Assembly: GCA_013265495.1 (NCBI GenBank) | Contig: MU058065.1 | Location: forward strand, 6,386,302-6,450,301 | Length of the DNA stretch: 64,000 nt | Source: Vicugna vicugna | Taxonomy: Eukaryota | Direction of reading: 5' to 3' | Part shown: piece after piece, positions 63,145 through 64,000 of the stretch | How positions within the stretch are numbered: position 1 is the first letter of the stretch | Layout of the letters: each line of letters starts with the position of its first letter | Made by a program: the position numbers and the translations under genes | The notes under the pieces: model-generated | Database searches by the model: none | The model's input: the letters and a program-made list of their open reading frames with translations, nothing else | What the model was told of the DNA's origin: nothing

Positions 63145-63320
63145 AAAAAGAAAAGAAGGGAGAGAGGGAGAGAGGGAGAGAGAGAGACAGGGGAGAGAAA
63201 TAGAGGGAGACAGAGAAAGAAAAAGAAAAAGAAAAAAAGAAAAACAAAGAATGAAACAAAGAAACAAAGAAAAGGAGAGGGAGGGAGGGAAGGAATGAAG
63301 GAAAGAAAGAAAGAAAAAGG
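63145..63320. repeat. Polypurine (GA/GAAA-rich) low-complexity tract in the STK36 3'UTR
   Basis: About 175 nt almost entirely A/G on the plus strand. Confidence 0.9.
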
Positions 63321-63863
63321 TACACTCCCCACCCCACCCCCATGGCCCCATGGATGGGAATGTGGGCTACAGGCTGGGGAGTCCTCCACAACAGGGGCTG
63401 ATAGCATCTATCTCCACAGCCTAGAGCTGAGGCAGGCTCTGTCTTCATCACTGTCTTGGGGTCAGTGCATCTAAAGCAAGAACCTGCTGGGAAGATTACA
63501 GGAGCTCTAGAAAGGAAGAGATCTCTCAGGTAGAAGGTGTCTCCCTAAGGTCTGGGAGCCATGTTCCTGGTGTTAAAGGCACATTATTGGAGAAAAGACC
63601 CCTGGATGTAGAGAAGGAAGGAATCTCCTCTGGCACCAACAACAATGAAGTTTACTGGTTGAAATCATCCTGAATCTGGAGGAAAGAAGGAGCTTTATAC
63701 ATAAATCTCTTCTATGTTCTCCTTCTCAAATCAGTTGATTGGCATCTTATCTCTCTCAGTCTCTTTAGCTCTAGGTTGAGTTGGTGGCTTGTAGAGTAGA
63801 AAAAGGAAGAGTTGGCGACAGCAAGGCAATGAAGGTTGGAGGCTGGACCCCGGGAATCTGGGA

Positions 63864-64000
63864 TCACGTGCTGTGGGTTGGCCTCAGGAGGTGAATGAGT
63901 TTCCTGCAGTGTTTGGTGGAGGCAGGCCTGGGACTGTTATGTGGCAGTAACTGATTCCCCAGAGAGAACAAGGCTAATTTCTCACTGGCACCCAGGGACA
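63864..64000 (-). CDS. STK36: Serine/threonine kinase 36 (Fused homolog), C-terminal end of the last coding exon (partial)
   Basis: Minus strand translates [47 protein letters not shown] at 63866-63864. Recognised as the STK36 C-terminus; matches the known STK36-TTLL4-CYP27A1 order. Not in the supplied ORF track. Confidence 0.88.
   Translation of the reverse strand, partial: SLGASEKLALFSLGNQLLPHNSPRPASTKHCRKLIHLLRPTHST

Overview
Mammalian genomic DNA, probably a camelid (three tRNA-Ala-derived Vic-1-like SINEs, no Alu/B1). It shows the STK36-TTLL4-CYP27A1 gene order, all on the minus strand. The window holds the last 44 codons and 3'UTR of STK36 (right edge) and the complete TTLL4 coding sequence: 18 coding exons, 30466-46451, whose splice phases join into 3591 nt (1196 aa), with a CpG-island promoter at about 56.6-57.15 kb. 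It also holds the CpG-island promoter and exon 1 of CYP27A1 (14367-14636); positions 1-14366 are CYP27A1 intron 1. The rest is mostly L1, LTR, DNA-transposon, L2/MIR and SINE debris. Most notable: (1) a ~460-bp unspliced copy of a TTLL4 exon with both intron flanks sits inside an L1 in CYP27A1 intron 1, 26 kb from its source, in sense orientation with intact AG/GT sites, and would be a poison exon if included; (2) a ~4-kb TSD-bounded composite retrocopy that starts at an L1 5' end and ends at an LTR poly(A) site; (3) a young L1 insertion with a 3' transduction; (4) a retroposed 28S rRNA 3' end; (5) snap-back repair scars; (6) five upstream ATGs before the TTLL4 start. Gene and repeat-family names come from recognising sequence by eye, not from database searches.
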